Origin: Trueperaceae bacterium
GTDB lineage: Bacteria; Deinococcota; Deinococci; Deinococcales; Trueperaceae
DNA length: 64,000 nucleotides
Reading direction: 5' to 3'
Assembly (NCBI GenBank): GCA_965213925.1
Contig: OZ243927.1
Coordinates: 32,001 to 96,000 of the forward strand
The translations under genes and the position numbers were made by a program. Below the pieces are notes generated by a model. The model was given only the letters and a program-made list of their open reading frames with translations, had not been told where the DNA came from and searched no databases. Of the stretch, positions 19,521 through 29,429 are shown piece after piece (within the stretch, counting starts at the first letter, position 1; every line of letters starts with the position of its first letter).

Positions 19521-19790
19521 CTGTCTACTAAACTGGCACGCATAAGAAGCGAAACTCACCAGCAAGTTACGGAGCTTGCTGAAAGGGAGGGCGTTTCGTT
19601 CGCTGATGCTTTAGAACAGCTTGTGAGGCGCGAAGGCGAAACAGCCGATGCGACCCCGCCAGAGTCCAAAGCGAACGGTCCCATTGAATACGAGGAGCTA
19701 CCACAAGACGAAGAAAGCTCTTCTTTCGGCTCTATCGCAGTAGCGGTTATTGGAGGGCTTATAGGATTAACCCTACTGACACGACGCTAG
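19521..19790 (+). CDS. Small RHH-like protein with C-terminal transmembrane helix (probable CTG start; track GTG 19512)
   Basis: STKLARIRSETHQQVTELAEREGVSFADALEQL; C-terminal IAVAVIGGLIGLTLL; AGGAGG 8 nt before CTG. Confidence 0.55.
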   Translation: MSTKLARIRSETHQQVTELAEREGVSFADALEQLVRREGETADATPPESKANGPIEYEELPQDEESSSFGSIAVAVIGGLIGLTLLTRR

Positions 19791-19914
19791 ACCAAAAGTA
19801 AAAAAGCCCGGATGCCACCGGACTTTCTACCGAGTCACCGCGCGGTTACGCAGACTCTTTGCTTCCTAGCTATAGAGTAACACAAATTGCGTGGTGAATT
19901 CGAAAGGATTTGTC

Positions 19915-20070
19915 ATGCAATTTTTCATAGAGAGATTTCCTAAGCATTATCGCTTTCGTGTTCGTAACTTGCTCTTTGCCATGAAGCATGGTTTACCCGC
20001 GTGTAAGCGTTGGGCAAGAAGCGAACTAAAGCAACTAATAGACGACGCAAATTCAAGGCGTACTAGATGA
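19915..20070 (+). CDS. 51-aa basic protein (below ORF-track cutoff)
   Basis: GAAAGGA SD; MQFFIERFPKHYRFRVRNLLFAMKHGLPACKRWARSELKQLIDDANSRRTR; ATGA overlap with xis. Confidence 0.6.
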   Translation: MQFFIERFPKHYRFRVRNLLFAMKHGLPACKRWARSELKQLIDDANSRRTR

Positions 20071-20294
20071 GTACTTCGGCGGCGAAGCTGGAAAACTCAG
20101 ATAAACTCGAGCGTGAAGCCTACACCGTTGCTGAAGTGTCGCAAATGTTCGGCATGTCCTGTAACGCGATCTACGCTTACGTTCGTGCCGGGGACATTCC
20201 CCATAAGCGTCTCGGAAACCGCATCCTCATCCCTAAAAAGCTCTTCCACGCATGGTTAAACAGCGCTGACGCTTGGGAATCCTCCAATGGGTGA
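20067..20294 (+). CDS. xis: Excisionase / HTH_17 DNA-binding protein
   Basis: AYTVAEVSQMFGMSCNAIYAYVRAGDIPHKRLGNRILIPK; directly before integrase. Confidence 0.85.
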   Translation: MSTSAAKLENSDKLEREAYTVAEVSQMFGMSCNAIYAYVRAGDIPHKRLGNRILIPKKLFHAWLNSADAWESSNG

Positions 20295-21438
20295 GGGTAA
20301 GCGCAAGAAGAAGCGAAGTAGGGGTAACGGAGAGGGCTCAATCTACCAACTTGAAAACGGTACTTGGCGGGGACACGTTACGCGCGGTTACAACGATAAA
20401 GGTCGGCAAATCAAGAAGTGGTTTAGAGGACGCACGCGGCGTGATGTAGCCAAACAGCTTAACCAGTACCTGATGCGTTCGGGCTCACGCCTTATCTCTA
20501 TGCCTGAGAAGGTCACGGTACGTGAATGGCTCGAGCGCTACGCTTTGGAGAAAGAAGTCAAGGAGAAGACACGCGAAAGCTATCACTGGATTATACACAA
20601 TCACGTCTTTCCTGTGCTCGGAGAGATGCAGCTTTCCAAGGTGACACCGCTTCATCTCAGACAGTTTCACGCCGCACTGACAGAAAAAGAGCTTTCGGCG
20701 GACTATCGGCGCAAAATCTACTACTTCCTCAATGGAGCGTTTAGAACTGCGTTGCGCGTCGAATTGATAGAGCGTAACCCCGTCAAAGCGTTAGACCCGC
20801 CAAAATCCGCACCGCCGAAAGAAACGCCGATGTGGACGGCAAAAGAAGCGGCGGCGTTTATGAAGCATGTCAAAGAGGAACGACTATACAACGCTTACTA
20901 CATCATGCTCGCTTTAGGGTTGCGTGCTGGAGAGTGTTTCGGGCTCATGTGGGATGACCTCGAGGGCGACGCGCTTCACATAAGAAGAACGCTTACAGTT
21001 GTGAGGCACGAACTTTCTCTCGAGGCACCGAAAACGCCTAGCTCACTTCGAACGCTCTACCTATCGCCCGATCAGATTGAAATTTTTAGGTGTCAGCGTG
21101 AACAACAGAGGCTCGAGCGCAGCACCGCGAAGAGGTGGATGAAGAGCAATTTAATTTTCACTTCAAACGTAGGAACGCCGCTCAGCTTTCGTAACGTCCG
21201 CCGACGCCTTGACCAACTGACAGACCGCGCGGCGGTGACGAGGATAGGGTTACACGGTTTTAGACACACCTACGCGACGTTAGCGTTACTCAGTGGTCTA
21301 CCGCTGAAGGTTGTTTCAGAACGCTTAGGTCATAGCGACATCCGCGTTACCTCACGCATCTATGAGCACATCCACGACAAGCAGCGCCGCGCCGCCGCGC
21401 TGTCGTTGGATGAACTTCTCGAGGAGGTTGAAAAATGA
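20287..21438 (+). CDS. int: Tyrosine integrase
   Basis: RGNGEGSIYQ arm-binding N-terminus; GLRAGE, PKT, HGFRHT, LGHSD, Y catalytic residues intact. Confidence 0.96.
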   Translation: MGEGKRKKKRSRGNGEGSIYQLENGTWRGHVTRGYNDKGRQIKKWFRGRTRRDVAKQLNQYLMRSGSRLISMPEKVTVREWLERYALEKEVKEKTRESYHWIIHNHVFPVLGEMQLSKVTPLHLRQFHAALTEKELSADYRRKIYYFLNGAFRTALRVELIERNPVKALDPPKSAPPKETPMWTAKEAAAFMKHVKEERLYNAYYIMLALGLRAGECFGLMWDDLEGDALHIRRTLTVVRHELSLEAPKTPSSLRTLYLSPDQIEIFRCQREQQRLERSTAKRWMKSNLIFTSNVGTPLSFRNVRRRLDQLTDRAAVTRIGLHGFRHTYATLALLSGLPLKVVSERLGHSDIRVTSRIYEHIHDKQRRAAALSLDELLEEVEK

Positions 21439-21483
21439 ATTTGACATACGCTGTTACTGGCTGCTTCGTGGCTGCTACGGAAA

Positions 21484-21543
21484 CCCGAAAGACCTGTGAA
21501 GAGGGCAACGCGCCCCTTCACTCCTCTTCACAGGTCTTTCGGG
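21484..21543. repeat. Perfect 21-bp inverted repeat with 18-nt loop
   Basis: CCCGAAAGACCTGTGAAGAGG / CCTCTTCACAGGTCTTTCGGG. Confidence 0.9.
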
Positions 21544-21604
21544 AAAGCTGTGCAGCACGGGAAAACGTCATCACTTTATGCTTACTGGTAAAAGGGAGCG
21601 AGAA

Positions 21605-21672
21605 CCTTACAAGGAGGATGTCGGCGGTTCGAGCCCGTCATCGCCCACTCAAAAATAAGCGTCAGAGACGCA
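21605..21672 (+). repeat. attR (duplicate 3' half of tRNA-Val)
   Basis: Copy of 12147-12214 with 2 mismatches. Confidence 0.93.
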
Positions 21673-22162
21673 AAGTAGAAGCCTCGTGTAATAGCGGGGC
21701 TATCCTTTTAGCACGTTTTGACAGCTATCTTACAGCTATGGGCTCAGTTGAGCCTTTCAGATGAGCACAACATAGCGGAGGCCAGAGCCTCCGCTAATAC
21801 CTTAGAGTCGGGTTGTCCTATTACAAGTTGTTGACCTTGAGCCAATACTTATGAATACGCAACATCTCAGCGTCAGGGTGGTCTTGCGGTATTAGGTCGA
21901 GGGCGTCACCCAAATTCCCTCGATCAACGCGCCTCTATTCCAGGGGTGGCAGTCGAGCCAAACGAGTGTGCCTGTGAGGTCGCTCTCGGTGTCGCGCACA
22001 GTTGCGCCAAGGGTATAGGTGTATCAATGATATGCTGCATGTCAATCCTCCAACAGGGATTCCGAAGAGGCGAGGTTGGTAGCCGGTTGCCTCTTTGGTG
22101 CTTCTATAGTACTATCTAGTTGTACTATTGTCAACTATCTATATTAGGAGTAAGATAGTGCT

Positions 22163-22555
22163 ATGGATATACGGATACGCTTAGGAGATTACTTAGATGA
22201 GCACGACATCACCCCTTACCGCTTAGCAGCGCAGGCTGAAGGCAAAGCCGCAAAAGGCACGATCTACTCACTGTCTCGAGGTGACGTTAAACGCCTCGAT
22301 CTTGCAACTTTGTCCACTGTGATAGCTGCTTTGGAGGAGCTGACCGGGAAAAGCGTCGAAATCACCGACCTTTTGGAAAAGGTGCAGCCGCGTGAAGCAG
22401 GTATGAGTGCGGCGGGCGTGCCCTACACGGGAGACCCGGAGACCGACGCGGTACTCGACGACCACCCCGACATCTTAGAGCGCATCAAGCGCGTGGAGAC
22501 GGGAAAAGAGGGCAGTCGTCCGCTTAGCGAGGTCATGGCGGAGCTGGGGCTCTGA
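22163..22555 (+). CDS. Cro/C1-type HTH protein with antitoxin-like C-terminal tail
   Basis: IRLGDYLDEHDITPYRLA...RLDLATLSTVIAAL HTH; tail DILERIKRV...RPLSEVMAELGL; TTGTCA-17-TAAGAT-6 nt-ATG promoter. Confidence 0.75.
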   Translation: MDIRIRLGDYLDEHDITPYRLAAQAEGKAAKGTIYSLSRGDVKRLDLATLSTVIAALEELTGKSVEITDLLEKVQPREAGMSAAGVPYTGDPETDAVLDDHPDILERIKRVETGKEGSRPLSEVMAELGL

Positions 22556-22854
22556 CGTACACCGTCAAGCTCAGTGACAGCGCGGCGGCGGACTTGCGGC
22601 GCATCAAGGATAGGCGCACGCAGAAAGCCATTGCGAACGGCTTAGAGCGGCTCGAGACGGAGCCCGCGAAGCGTGGCAAGGAGCTAAAAAAAGACCTACA
22701 GGGCTACTACAGCATCCGCTTAGCGGGGCAGCGCTACCGGGCGATCTATAGCGTCGTCGTGAGTGAGGGCGAGGTAGAGGTGTTGGTTATCGGTATTAGG
22801 AAAGAGAGGGACAAGCGCGATGTTTACGAAGTCGGGAAGAAGCGTCTTCGCTGA
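22552..22854 (+). CDS. RelE/ParE-family toxin (probable CTG start in CTGA overlap)
   Basis: (M)TYTVKLSDSAAADLRRI...GKELKKDLQGYYSIRLAGQRYRAIY...IGIRK. Confidence 0.8.
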   Translation: MTYTVKLSDSAAADLRRIKDRRTQKAIANGLERLETEPAKRGKELKKDLQGYYSIRLAGQRYRAIYSVVVSEGEVEVLVIGIRKERDKRDVYEVGKKRLR

Positions 22855-22867
22855 GGAGGTGCAAAAT

Positions 22868-23113
22868 ATGACTGTGAACGACTACATGAGGCTCGAGTAC
22901 CCTCACGAGGTCATCTCTTTACCCGCCGACGAGGGTGGCAGTGTATACGTTCGCTGTCCTGACTTCGGCGCAGCAGCGGCGCAGGGCGACGGGGCGACCT
23001 TAGAGGCAGCGCTCGCCGAGGCGAACGAAGCGAAGCGCCTTACTATTGAGGTCTTGTTAGAGGACGGTCGGGATGTAGAGCCACTGCTGATCAGCAGTGG
23101 CTCTGTGCGTTAG
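22868..23113 (+). CDS. HicB-like antitoxin (orphan)
   Basis: DEGGSVYVRCPDF...GDGATLEAALAEANEAK; GAGGAGG SD. Confidence 0.7.
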   Translation: MTVNDYMRLEYPHEVISLPADEGGSVYVRCPDFGAAAAQGDGATLEAALAEANEAKRLTIEVLLEDGRDVEPLLISSGSVR

Positions 23114-23329
23114 CGCGGTTACAACCCTACAACCACAGCGTCAACCGAGGTCGTCTGGCCCAACTCTATTCTTGTAGCCTTTGCATCAATTATTGACACA
23201 CTGAGAGCGTTGCTTCGCAAAACTGCGTACACCATTGGTACAAAGCTTCGCGTCCGCGTGGTCGCGTCCCGCTAGCGACTTCGTGAACGCATCCGCTCGG
23301 GGGTCTTTAACAGGTGTGGCAAAGACCCC

Positions 23330-23573
23330 TGCAAATACTATTGGTTAAAAAGCTTGTCAGGCTTGCGGCGCTGCTTACCCTTTGCTCACCGGAAAGGTGC
23401 GCGTATACATCCACCATGAAGCCCACCTTCGCGTGACCTGAGGGTCCGCCAGCACTTTTGGGTCCATGCCCTCTCGGATGGCGAGCGAAGCGTGGAGGTG
23501 GTGCAGACCATGTAGACGAGCACGAGGCACCCCTGCTTCGACGTTGCTTGCCTCTTGCCAAATAGTGCGTCAA
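23330..23573 (-). pseudogene. Tyrosine integrase C-terminal relic (frameshifted)
   Basis: EAGVPRARLHGLHHLHASLAIREGMDPKVLAD, frameshift, then GHAKVGFMVDVYAHL; HxxR has become HGLH. Confidence 0.75.
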
Positions 23574-23655
23574 CGTTTTACAGTGGCTTCAAAGCTCACA
23601 GGAAGGCTCCGAAGCGTCGCCTAAAGAGACGCTGGAAACCAAGGAGGCAGGCAAG

Positions 23656-24699
23656 GTGATTGCAGCGCGGATACACGGCACGCGCGACGTGCGGCTCGAC
23701 GAGGTGGCGCAGCCTGAACCCGGAGGGGACGAACTGCTCGTGCGCGTCCTGTCGGTAGGACTTTGCGGTAGCGACCTGCACTACTACGCGGAGTCGGGCA
23801 TCGGCGCAGTGAAGGTGGCGGAGCCTGCGATTTTGGGGCACGAGTTCGCCGCCGAAGTGGTGGACGAACGCGCTGAGGAATTCGGGCTAATAAGAGGTCA
23901 ACTCGTCGCGGTGGACCCGGCGCTGCCCTGCTTTTCATGCGAGTGGTGCCTGCGCGGACACCACAACCTCTGCCCGAACGTGCGCTTCGCGGGTGCGCCG
24001 CCCTATCCTGGCGGGTTAGCGGAGTACTTCACCGCGCCGCGCCATCTCCTTTTTCCTGTGCCCGATACGTTCACGGCAGACGAAACTGCGCTCTTGGAAC
24101 CGCTCGGCGTGGCGATCCACGCGCTCGACTTGGCGCGGCTTAAACCTCTCGAGAGCGTCGCTATCTTAGGCGCGGGACCGATTGGGCTTTTGCTGTTGCA
24201 AGTTGCAAGGCAGGTGGGCGCAGGTGACATCTACGTCATCGACCCCTTAGCGTACCGCGCAGAGAAGGCGAAGGAACTCGGTGCGGATGAGGTCTCAACG
24301 GGCTTGGGGTCCATCCAAACCTGGACGAAAGAGCGCGGCGTGGATGTCGTGCTCGAGGCGACCAACTCACCTGAGGGCGTTCAGCACGCCATAGAAGCGG
24401 TGCGCATCGGCGGCAGAATCGTCTTGGTCGGCATCCCCGACGGAGACACGAACACCTTTACGGCGTCCCACGCGCGGCGCAAGGGGCTCACCATCAAATA
24501 TTCACGCCGCATGAACCACGTCTACCCGAGGGCGATAGACCTCCTCCGCAAAGGGCTCGTCAACCTCTCCACGCTCGTCACGCACCGCTTTTTGCTCAGC
24601 CAAACGGACGAGGCGTTCGCGCTGCAAGCGAGCTATGAGGATGGCGTCATCAAGACCGTCGTGTACCAAGAGGCGCACCAGGAGGACGAACCGATGTAA
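23656..24699 (+). CDS. Zn-dependent polyol (sorbitol/threonine-type) dehydrogenase
   Basis: [11 protein letters not shown], CxxCxxCx7C, GAGPIG. Confidence 0.92.
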   Translation: MIAARIHGTRDVRLDEVAQPEPGGDELLVRVLSVGLCGSDLHYYAESGIGAVKVAEPAILGHEFAAEVVDERAEEFGLIRGQLVAVDPALPCFSCEWCLRGHHNLCPNVRFAGAPPYPGGLAEYFTAPRHLLFPVPDTFTADETALLEPLGVAIHALDLARLKPLESVAILGAGPIGLLLLQVARQVGAGDIYVIDPLAYRAEKAKELGADEVSTGLGSIQTWTKERGVDVVLEATNSPEGVQHAIEAVRIGGRIVLVGIPDGDTNTFTASHARRKGLTIKYSRRMNHVYPRAIDLLRKGLVNLSTLVTHRFLLSQTDEAFALQASYEDGVIKTVVYQEAHQEDEPM

Positions 24700-24775
24700 A
24701 ACGCCAAGCATCACGCAACCGCCCCCCTACCCATCTGCCTTCCCGACGAAATCCTCGACGAAAAGGAGACCCGCT

Positions 24776-26104
24776 ATGAAACGAACCCTCGGAGCCCTGC
24801 TCATCCTCAGCTTAGGTGTTTTAGGTTACGCGCAGGAGTGGAGCTTATCCGAAGCCGCCGCGCCCTATGAGGGCACGACCATCACCGCGATGTTTTTAGA
24901 CCGCCCCGGCTACCAAGCGGCGATAGAACTCATCCCGCAGTTCGAGGAGCAGACCGGCATCAACGTGGAGTGGGAAATCTTGCCGTACGAGAACACGCGC
25001 GAGCGCGAGGTTTTGGACTTCACCTCGGGCAGTTCCGAACTCGACGTGATCTTAGTGGACGTGGTGTGGATAGGCGAGTTCGCGGCGGCGGGCTGGCTCG
25101 AGCCCTTAGAGCAGTACTACAACGACCCCGAGTTGGCCAACCCCAACCTCAACTTGGACGACTTCTTCCCGGTGCTGCTCGACTCATTCGGCACCTGGGA
25201 CGGCACGGTTTACGGCTTGCCCTTCGACAACTACTCCGGGCTGCTGTTCTACAACCAGTGCATGTTAGAAGAAGCCGGCTTTGACGGTCCGCCCGAGACC
25301 TGGACGGCGCTCAAAGACGAATACGGACCCGCACTGACGGGCGACGGTCAGTACGCTTTCGCCTTGCAGTCGCGGCGCGGCGAGACGCAGAGCGCCGACT
25401 CGTTCATGCGCGTTTTATGGCCCTTCGGCGGTGCGCTTATCAACAACGAGACCTTCGAGCCCGTCGTCGCGGATGAGAACAGCTTGCAAGGCCTCACCTT
25501 CCGGCAGGAGCTGATGGAGTACATGCCCGAAGGCATCGTGGACTACGACCACGCCGAGGCGGTGCAGGCGCTCGCGCAGGGCAACGTGGCGATGATCACC
25601 GAGTGGTCGTCCTTTTACGCCACGCTGAACGACCCGGAGCAGTCGCAGATCGTGGACTGCTTGGGGGTCGCGCCTGAACCCGCCGGTAGTGACGGGCGCG
25701 TGCCCGCGCTGGGCGGCTTTTCGCTCGGCGTCAATACGAACTCGAGCGACGACGAAAAGACCGCCTCCTGGCTCTTCATCCAGTGGGTCACCTCCGCCGA
25801 ACTCGCCGAGGAATACGTGCGGGCAGGCGGCGTGAGCGGGCGGCAGAGCGCCTACGAAGGTTCTGAGATTTTAGAGGAATTCTCCTACATCGAGCCGATG
25901 ATCGCAGGTTGGGAAGCGACTGTGCCGTATTTCCGTCCGCGCTTCCCGGAGTGGCCCGCCATCTCTGAAATCATCGCCGAGGTCGGCACGACCATGATGC
26001 TCGGTCAGATTTCGGTCGAAGAGGGGGCGCAGCAGGTCGCGGACCAAACACGCGCAATTCTGGAGCAGGCGGGCTACTACGGCGACCGGGAGAAGATTCA
26101 GTAG
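24776..26104 (+). CDS. Sugar/polyol ABC substrate-binding protein
   Basis: AGGAG SD then signal peptide [22 protein letters not shown]1 SBP pattern YGLPF. Confidence 0.9.
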   Translation: MKRTLGALLILSLGVLGYAQEWSLSEAAAPYEGTTITAMFLDRPGYQAAIELIPQFEEQTGINVEWEILPYENTREREVLDFTSGSSELDVILVDVVWIGEFAAAGWLEPLEQYYNDPELANPNLNLDDFFPVLLDSFGTWDGTVYGLPFDNYSGLLFYNQCMLEEAGFDGPPETWTALKDEYGPALTGDGQYAFALQSRRGETQSADSFMRVLWPFGGALINNETFEPVVADENSLQGLTFRQELMEYMPEGIVDYDHAEAVQALAQGNVAMITEWSSFYATLNDPEQSQIVDCLGVAPEPAGSDGRVPALGGFSLGVNTNSSDDEKTASWLFIQWVTSAELAEEYVRAGGVSGRQSAYEGSEILEEFSYIEPMIAGWEATVPYFRPRFPEWPAISEIIAEVGTTMMLGQISVEEGAQQVADQTRAILEQAGYYGDREKIQ

Positions 26105-26652
26105 TGTTGGAGCAAGCGGACAAGGCGCTTGACGAGGTGAGGTCGGTCTTCCAAAACCTCACCTCCGAAGCGTCCGAAACGCTCGTCCGCGAGGTAAGCA
26201 GCGCAGAGCGTCTCGCGCTCTACGGCGTTGGGCGCGAAGGGCTCATGATGAAAGCCTTTGCGATGCGGCTCTTTCACTTGGGGTTGAACGCACACGTAGT
26301 CGGCGACATGACCGCGCCACCTCTTGGCGCGGGCGACCTCTTGGTGGTGAGCGCCGGACCGGGGGAGTTCTCGACGGTACTCGCGCTCATGGGCGTCGCA
26401 AAGGAGGCGGGCGCGAAGACGCTGGTGGTCACGGCGCAACCGGGGGGCGAAGCGGCGAGGCGTGCGGACGCAGTGGTGCACTTGCCCGCGCAGACGATGG
26501 CGGATGACCAAGCAGGAGACTCCGTGCTGCCGATGGGCAGCCTTTACGAAACGGCGCAGCTCCTCTTTTTCGAGTTCATCGTGCTCGAGTTACGCGACCA
26601 TCTAAACGAAAGTGCCGAGACGATGCGCTCGAGGCACACGAACCTCGAGTAG
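26104..26652 (+). CDS. hxlB: SIS-domain 6-phospho-3-hexuloisomerase-like protein
   Basis: [28 protein letters not shown]. Confidence 0.8.
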   Translation: MLEQADKALDEVRSVFQNLTSEASETLVREVSSAERLALYGVGREGLMMKAFAMRLFHLGLNAHVVGDMTAPPLGAGDLLVVSAGPGEFSTVLALMGVAKEAGAKTLVVTAQPGGEAARRADAVVHLPAQTMADDQAGDSVLPMGSLYETAQLLFFEFIVLELRDHLNESAETMRSRHTNLE

Positions 26653-26765
26653 AAGGAGGCCTATTTTGATTTTGTGTACGCACGTTCAACAGGCTTACTG
26701 TGGAAGCAATTCAATCTCGTGCGCACAAAATTATCTCGAGTTGAAGTCATGTTTGGAGTCTTGAT

Positions 26766-27644
26766 ATGTGGCGTGCAAGAGGTATAACCTGGCTCTTTTT
26801 ACTCCCCGCCGTCGTCACCCTGTTGGCGGTCGGGCTCTACCCGCTCCTCTTCGCGCTCAGCATCTCATTTCGCCAGTACGTCATCACTAAGCCGTACCTG
26901 GGCACGGGCTTTATCGGCTTTAGTAACTACGCTCAAGTGATGAACGACCCGACCTTTTGGTCGTCACTCGGGCGCACCTTTTGGTTTTTGGTCATCGTTT
27001 TATCGGTACAAGTGATCCTCGGGCTCTTTATCGCCCTCTTGCTCAACCGACCCGGCTTGACTTTTCTAAAACGCCTCACCCAAACGACGCTGGTCATCCC
27101 GCTCGCCACGACCTACGCCGTCGTCGGGCTTATCGGGCGGCTCATGTTCAACGACGCCTTTGGCATCGTCAACTTCTTCTTGACGCGCTTAGGTCTCGAG
27201 CGGATTCAGTGGCTCGGCAACCCCGACACCGCCTTCGCCGCGATTATGCTCATGGACATCTGGCAGTGGACGCCCTTCGTGGCGCTCGTCTTTTTGGCAG
27301 GGCTTTCGACCGTGCCCGAGGACATCAAAGACGCCGCGCGGTTAGAAACCAACAATCCCTTTAGGTTCTTTCGCGCGATTCAACTGCCCTACCTGTTGCC
27401 GGGGCTGACCATCATCCTTATCCTGCGGAGCGCCGACATCTTGAAGCTCTTCGATATGGTCTTCGTGATGACGCGAGGGGGTCCCGGCACAGCGACCGAA
27501 CTCATCAGCATCTATATCCAGCGGGTCGGCTTTCGGGTCTTCGACCAAGGGGTCGCCTCGGCGATGGCGATTCTGCTCCTTATCATGACGATCATCTTGG
27601 CGCAGCTCTACATGCGCTTCTTCTACCGCGAGGGGGTGAGCTGA
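26766..27644 (+). CDS. Carbohydrate ABC permease
   Basis: [18 protein letters not shown]. Confidence 0.92.
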   Translation: MWRARGITWLFLLPAVVTLLAVGLYPLLFALSISFRQYVITKPYLGTGFIGFSNYAQVMNDPTFWSSLGRTFWFLVIVLSVQVILGLFIALLLNRPGLTFLKRLTQTTLVIPLATTYAVVGLIGRLMFNDAFGIVNFFLTRLGLERIQWLGNPDTAFAAIMLMDIWQWTPFVALVFLAGLSTVPEDIKDAARLETNNPFRFFRAIQLPYLLPGLTIILILRSADILKLFDMVFVMTRGGPGTATELISIYIQRVGFRVFDQGVASAMAILLLIMTIILAQLYMRFFYREGVS

Positions 27645-28525
27645 TGGCAACACAAGCACCGACCAGGACGCAGAGCGAGGCGTCTTCGCCTGCCAAAAAG
27701 AGGGCGCGGCGGCGCTGGGTGGGCGCGGCGCTCGAGGGCGCGGCGCTCGTCCTCATCCTGCTCTTCACGCTCTTCCCCTTCTATTGGATGGTCGCGACCT
27801 CGCTCAAGACGACGAACCAGACCTTCGCGTTTCCGCCGGTCTGGTTGTTCACGCCGACCTTTGAGCACTACCAGACGGCGCTCGGTCGGGGCAACGTCGG
27901 CGGTGCACTCCTCAACTCGCTCATCGTCTCGGGGCTGACGACCTTTCTGGCGGTCGCTTTAGGTGCGCCTGCTTCCTACGCGCTGGCACGCTTCGACTTT
28001 CCCGGCAAAAAGCACCTTTTCTTCTGGTTTATCACCAACCGGATGGTCTCGCCCATCGTCTTGGCGCTGCCCTTCTTCTTGCTCGGACGCAGCGTCGGGC
28101 TCATCGACACCTACTGGATTCTGGTGCTGGTTTACCTGACCTTCACCACGCCCATCGTCGTCTGGATTTGCACCGACCAGTTTCGGACCATCCCTAGAGA
28201 GTTAGACGAAGCGGCGCTCCTAGACGGCGCGACCATCCCGACTGCCTTTTTCCGCGTCGTCTTGCCCTTGGCCCGCCCCGGTATCGTCGTCTCGGCGATT
28301 CTATGCTTTATCTTTTCTTGGAACGAACTGCTCTATCCGCTGGTCTTAACCCGCAACACTGCGACCACCGCGCCCGTCGCGGCGACCTCGTTCATGAGCG
28401 GCTACGAACTGCCTTGGGGTGAAATCATGGCGACAGGGAGCCTCATCGTCTTGCCCGTCATCGTCTTTGCGCTCTTGGTGTCGCGCCAGTTTATTCGTGG
28501 GCTCACGATGGGAGCCGTTAAATGA
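27644..28525 (+). CDS. Carbohydrate ABC permease
   Basis: EAA loop [19 protein letters not shown]. Confidence 0.92.
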   Translation: MATQAPTRTQSEASSPAKKRARRRWVGAALEGAALVLILLFTLFPFYWMVATSLKTTNQTFAFPPVWLFTPTFEHYQTALGRGNVGGALLNSLIVSGLTTFLAVALGAPASYALARFDFPGKKHLFFWFITNRMVSPIVLALPFFLLGRSVGLIDTYWILVLVYLTFTTPIVVWICTDQFRTIPRELDEAALLDGATIPTAFFRVVLPLARPGIVVSAILCFIFSWNELLYPLVLTRNTATTAPVAATSFMSGYELPWGEIMATGSLIVLPVIVFALLVSRQFIRGLTMGAVK

Positions 28526-29421
28526 GTGCGGCTTTCGGGCTCAACCTCTCGTTCGCCGCCAAGCGCTGGCCGGAGCCCGAGGTGTGGGCGGACAAGGTGA
28601 GAGAGCTAGACGTCACTCTCGTCCAGTTCTCCTTCGACCTCTTAGACCCCTGGTGGCCCGCCGAACTCGCCTATCCTTTAGCTAAACGTGTGCGGCAAGC
28701 GGCTGAAGCGAACGATTTGGAGATACACAGCGCCTTTGTAGGCTTGGCAGCCTACACCTACAACGCGCTCTTGCACCCCGACAGGGAGGGTCGTGAGGCG
28801 GCGCTCAAATGGTTCAAAAATGCCGTAGACCTCGCGGCGGAAATGGGCGTCAAGGCGATAGGGGGTCCGGTCGGAGGCTTGAGCGTCGCGCACGCGCAGA
28901 GACCCGAGCACGCCAGAAAGGGCTATCAGCACCTTTTGGAAAGCCTCGTCGAACTGACCGACTACGCAAAGGCTCAGGGTTTGACGGGCTGGCTCATCGA
29001 GCCGACGCCGTTAGAGAGAGAAGTCCCCTGGACGGTTCAAGGTGCGGAGACGCTGCTGAGCGATCTAGGCGAGACTGCGGTGCCCGTCACCTACACGGTG
29101 GATGTGGGGCACGCCCTTTACAGACCTCTTTACGGCGATGGTGCGGGGCTAGAACCCTGGTTCCGGGGGCTCGGTGAGCACATCGGCCTCATCCACCTGC
29201 AACAGACCGACGGGCAAAGCGACTCGCACTGGGGCTTTACGAAAGAGGGCGTTGTACGGCCCGGAGAGGTGGCGCGGTTCGCTAAGGAGGCTGGCTTAAA
29301 CGTGCCGCTAGTGCTCGAGGTCTTCTACCCCTTCGAGTTAGACGACAAAGAGGTCTGGGCGGACCTCAAAGAGAGCGTGCGTGTCTGTCAAGAGAGGTTG
29401 GGGTCTCTTCGGATACCGTAG
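28522..29421 (+). CDS. Xylose-isomerase-like TIM-barrel sugar (phosphate) epimerase
   Basis: [22 protein letters not shown]. Confidence 0.8.
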   Translation: MSAAFGLNLSFAAKRWPEPEVWADKVRELDVTLVQFSFDLLDPWWPAELAYPLAKRVRQAAEANDLEIHSAFVGLAAYTYNALLHPDREGREAALKWFKNAVDLAAEMGVKAIGGPVGGLSVAHAQRPEHARKGYQHLLESLVELTDYAKAQGLTGWLIEPTPLEREVPWTVQGAETLLSDLGETAVPVTYTVDVGHALYRPLYGDGAGLEPWFRGLGEHIGLIHLQQTDGQSDSHWGFTKEGVVRPGEVARFAKEAGLNVPLVLEVFYPFELDDKEVWADLKESVRVCQERLGSLRIP

Positions 29422-29429
29422 CGAGGAAG

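Larger units (their letters stand above)
12147..21672. mobile_element. Integrative element in tRNA-Val with rolling-circle Rep, Xis, tyrosine integrase and six-gene cargo
   Basis: 68-bp direct repeats 12147-12214 and 21605-21672 (2 mismatches); int/xis at right end, rep at left end; cargo visibly AT-richer than host. Confidence 0.93.

Noticed and set aside
21605..21647. Second tRNA-Val gene
   Set aside because: Only the 3' half is present; it is attR.
12147..21672. Complete prophage or inovirus
   Set aside because: No capsid, terminase, tail, lysis or Zot-like ATPase recognised; the only P-loop protein looks like a nucleotide kinase.
21435..21764. 109-aa ORF overlapping the integrase stop
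   Set aside because: Runs through arm sites, the 21-bp hairpin and attR; no protein features, so likely incidental.
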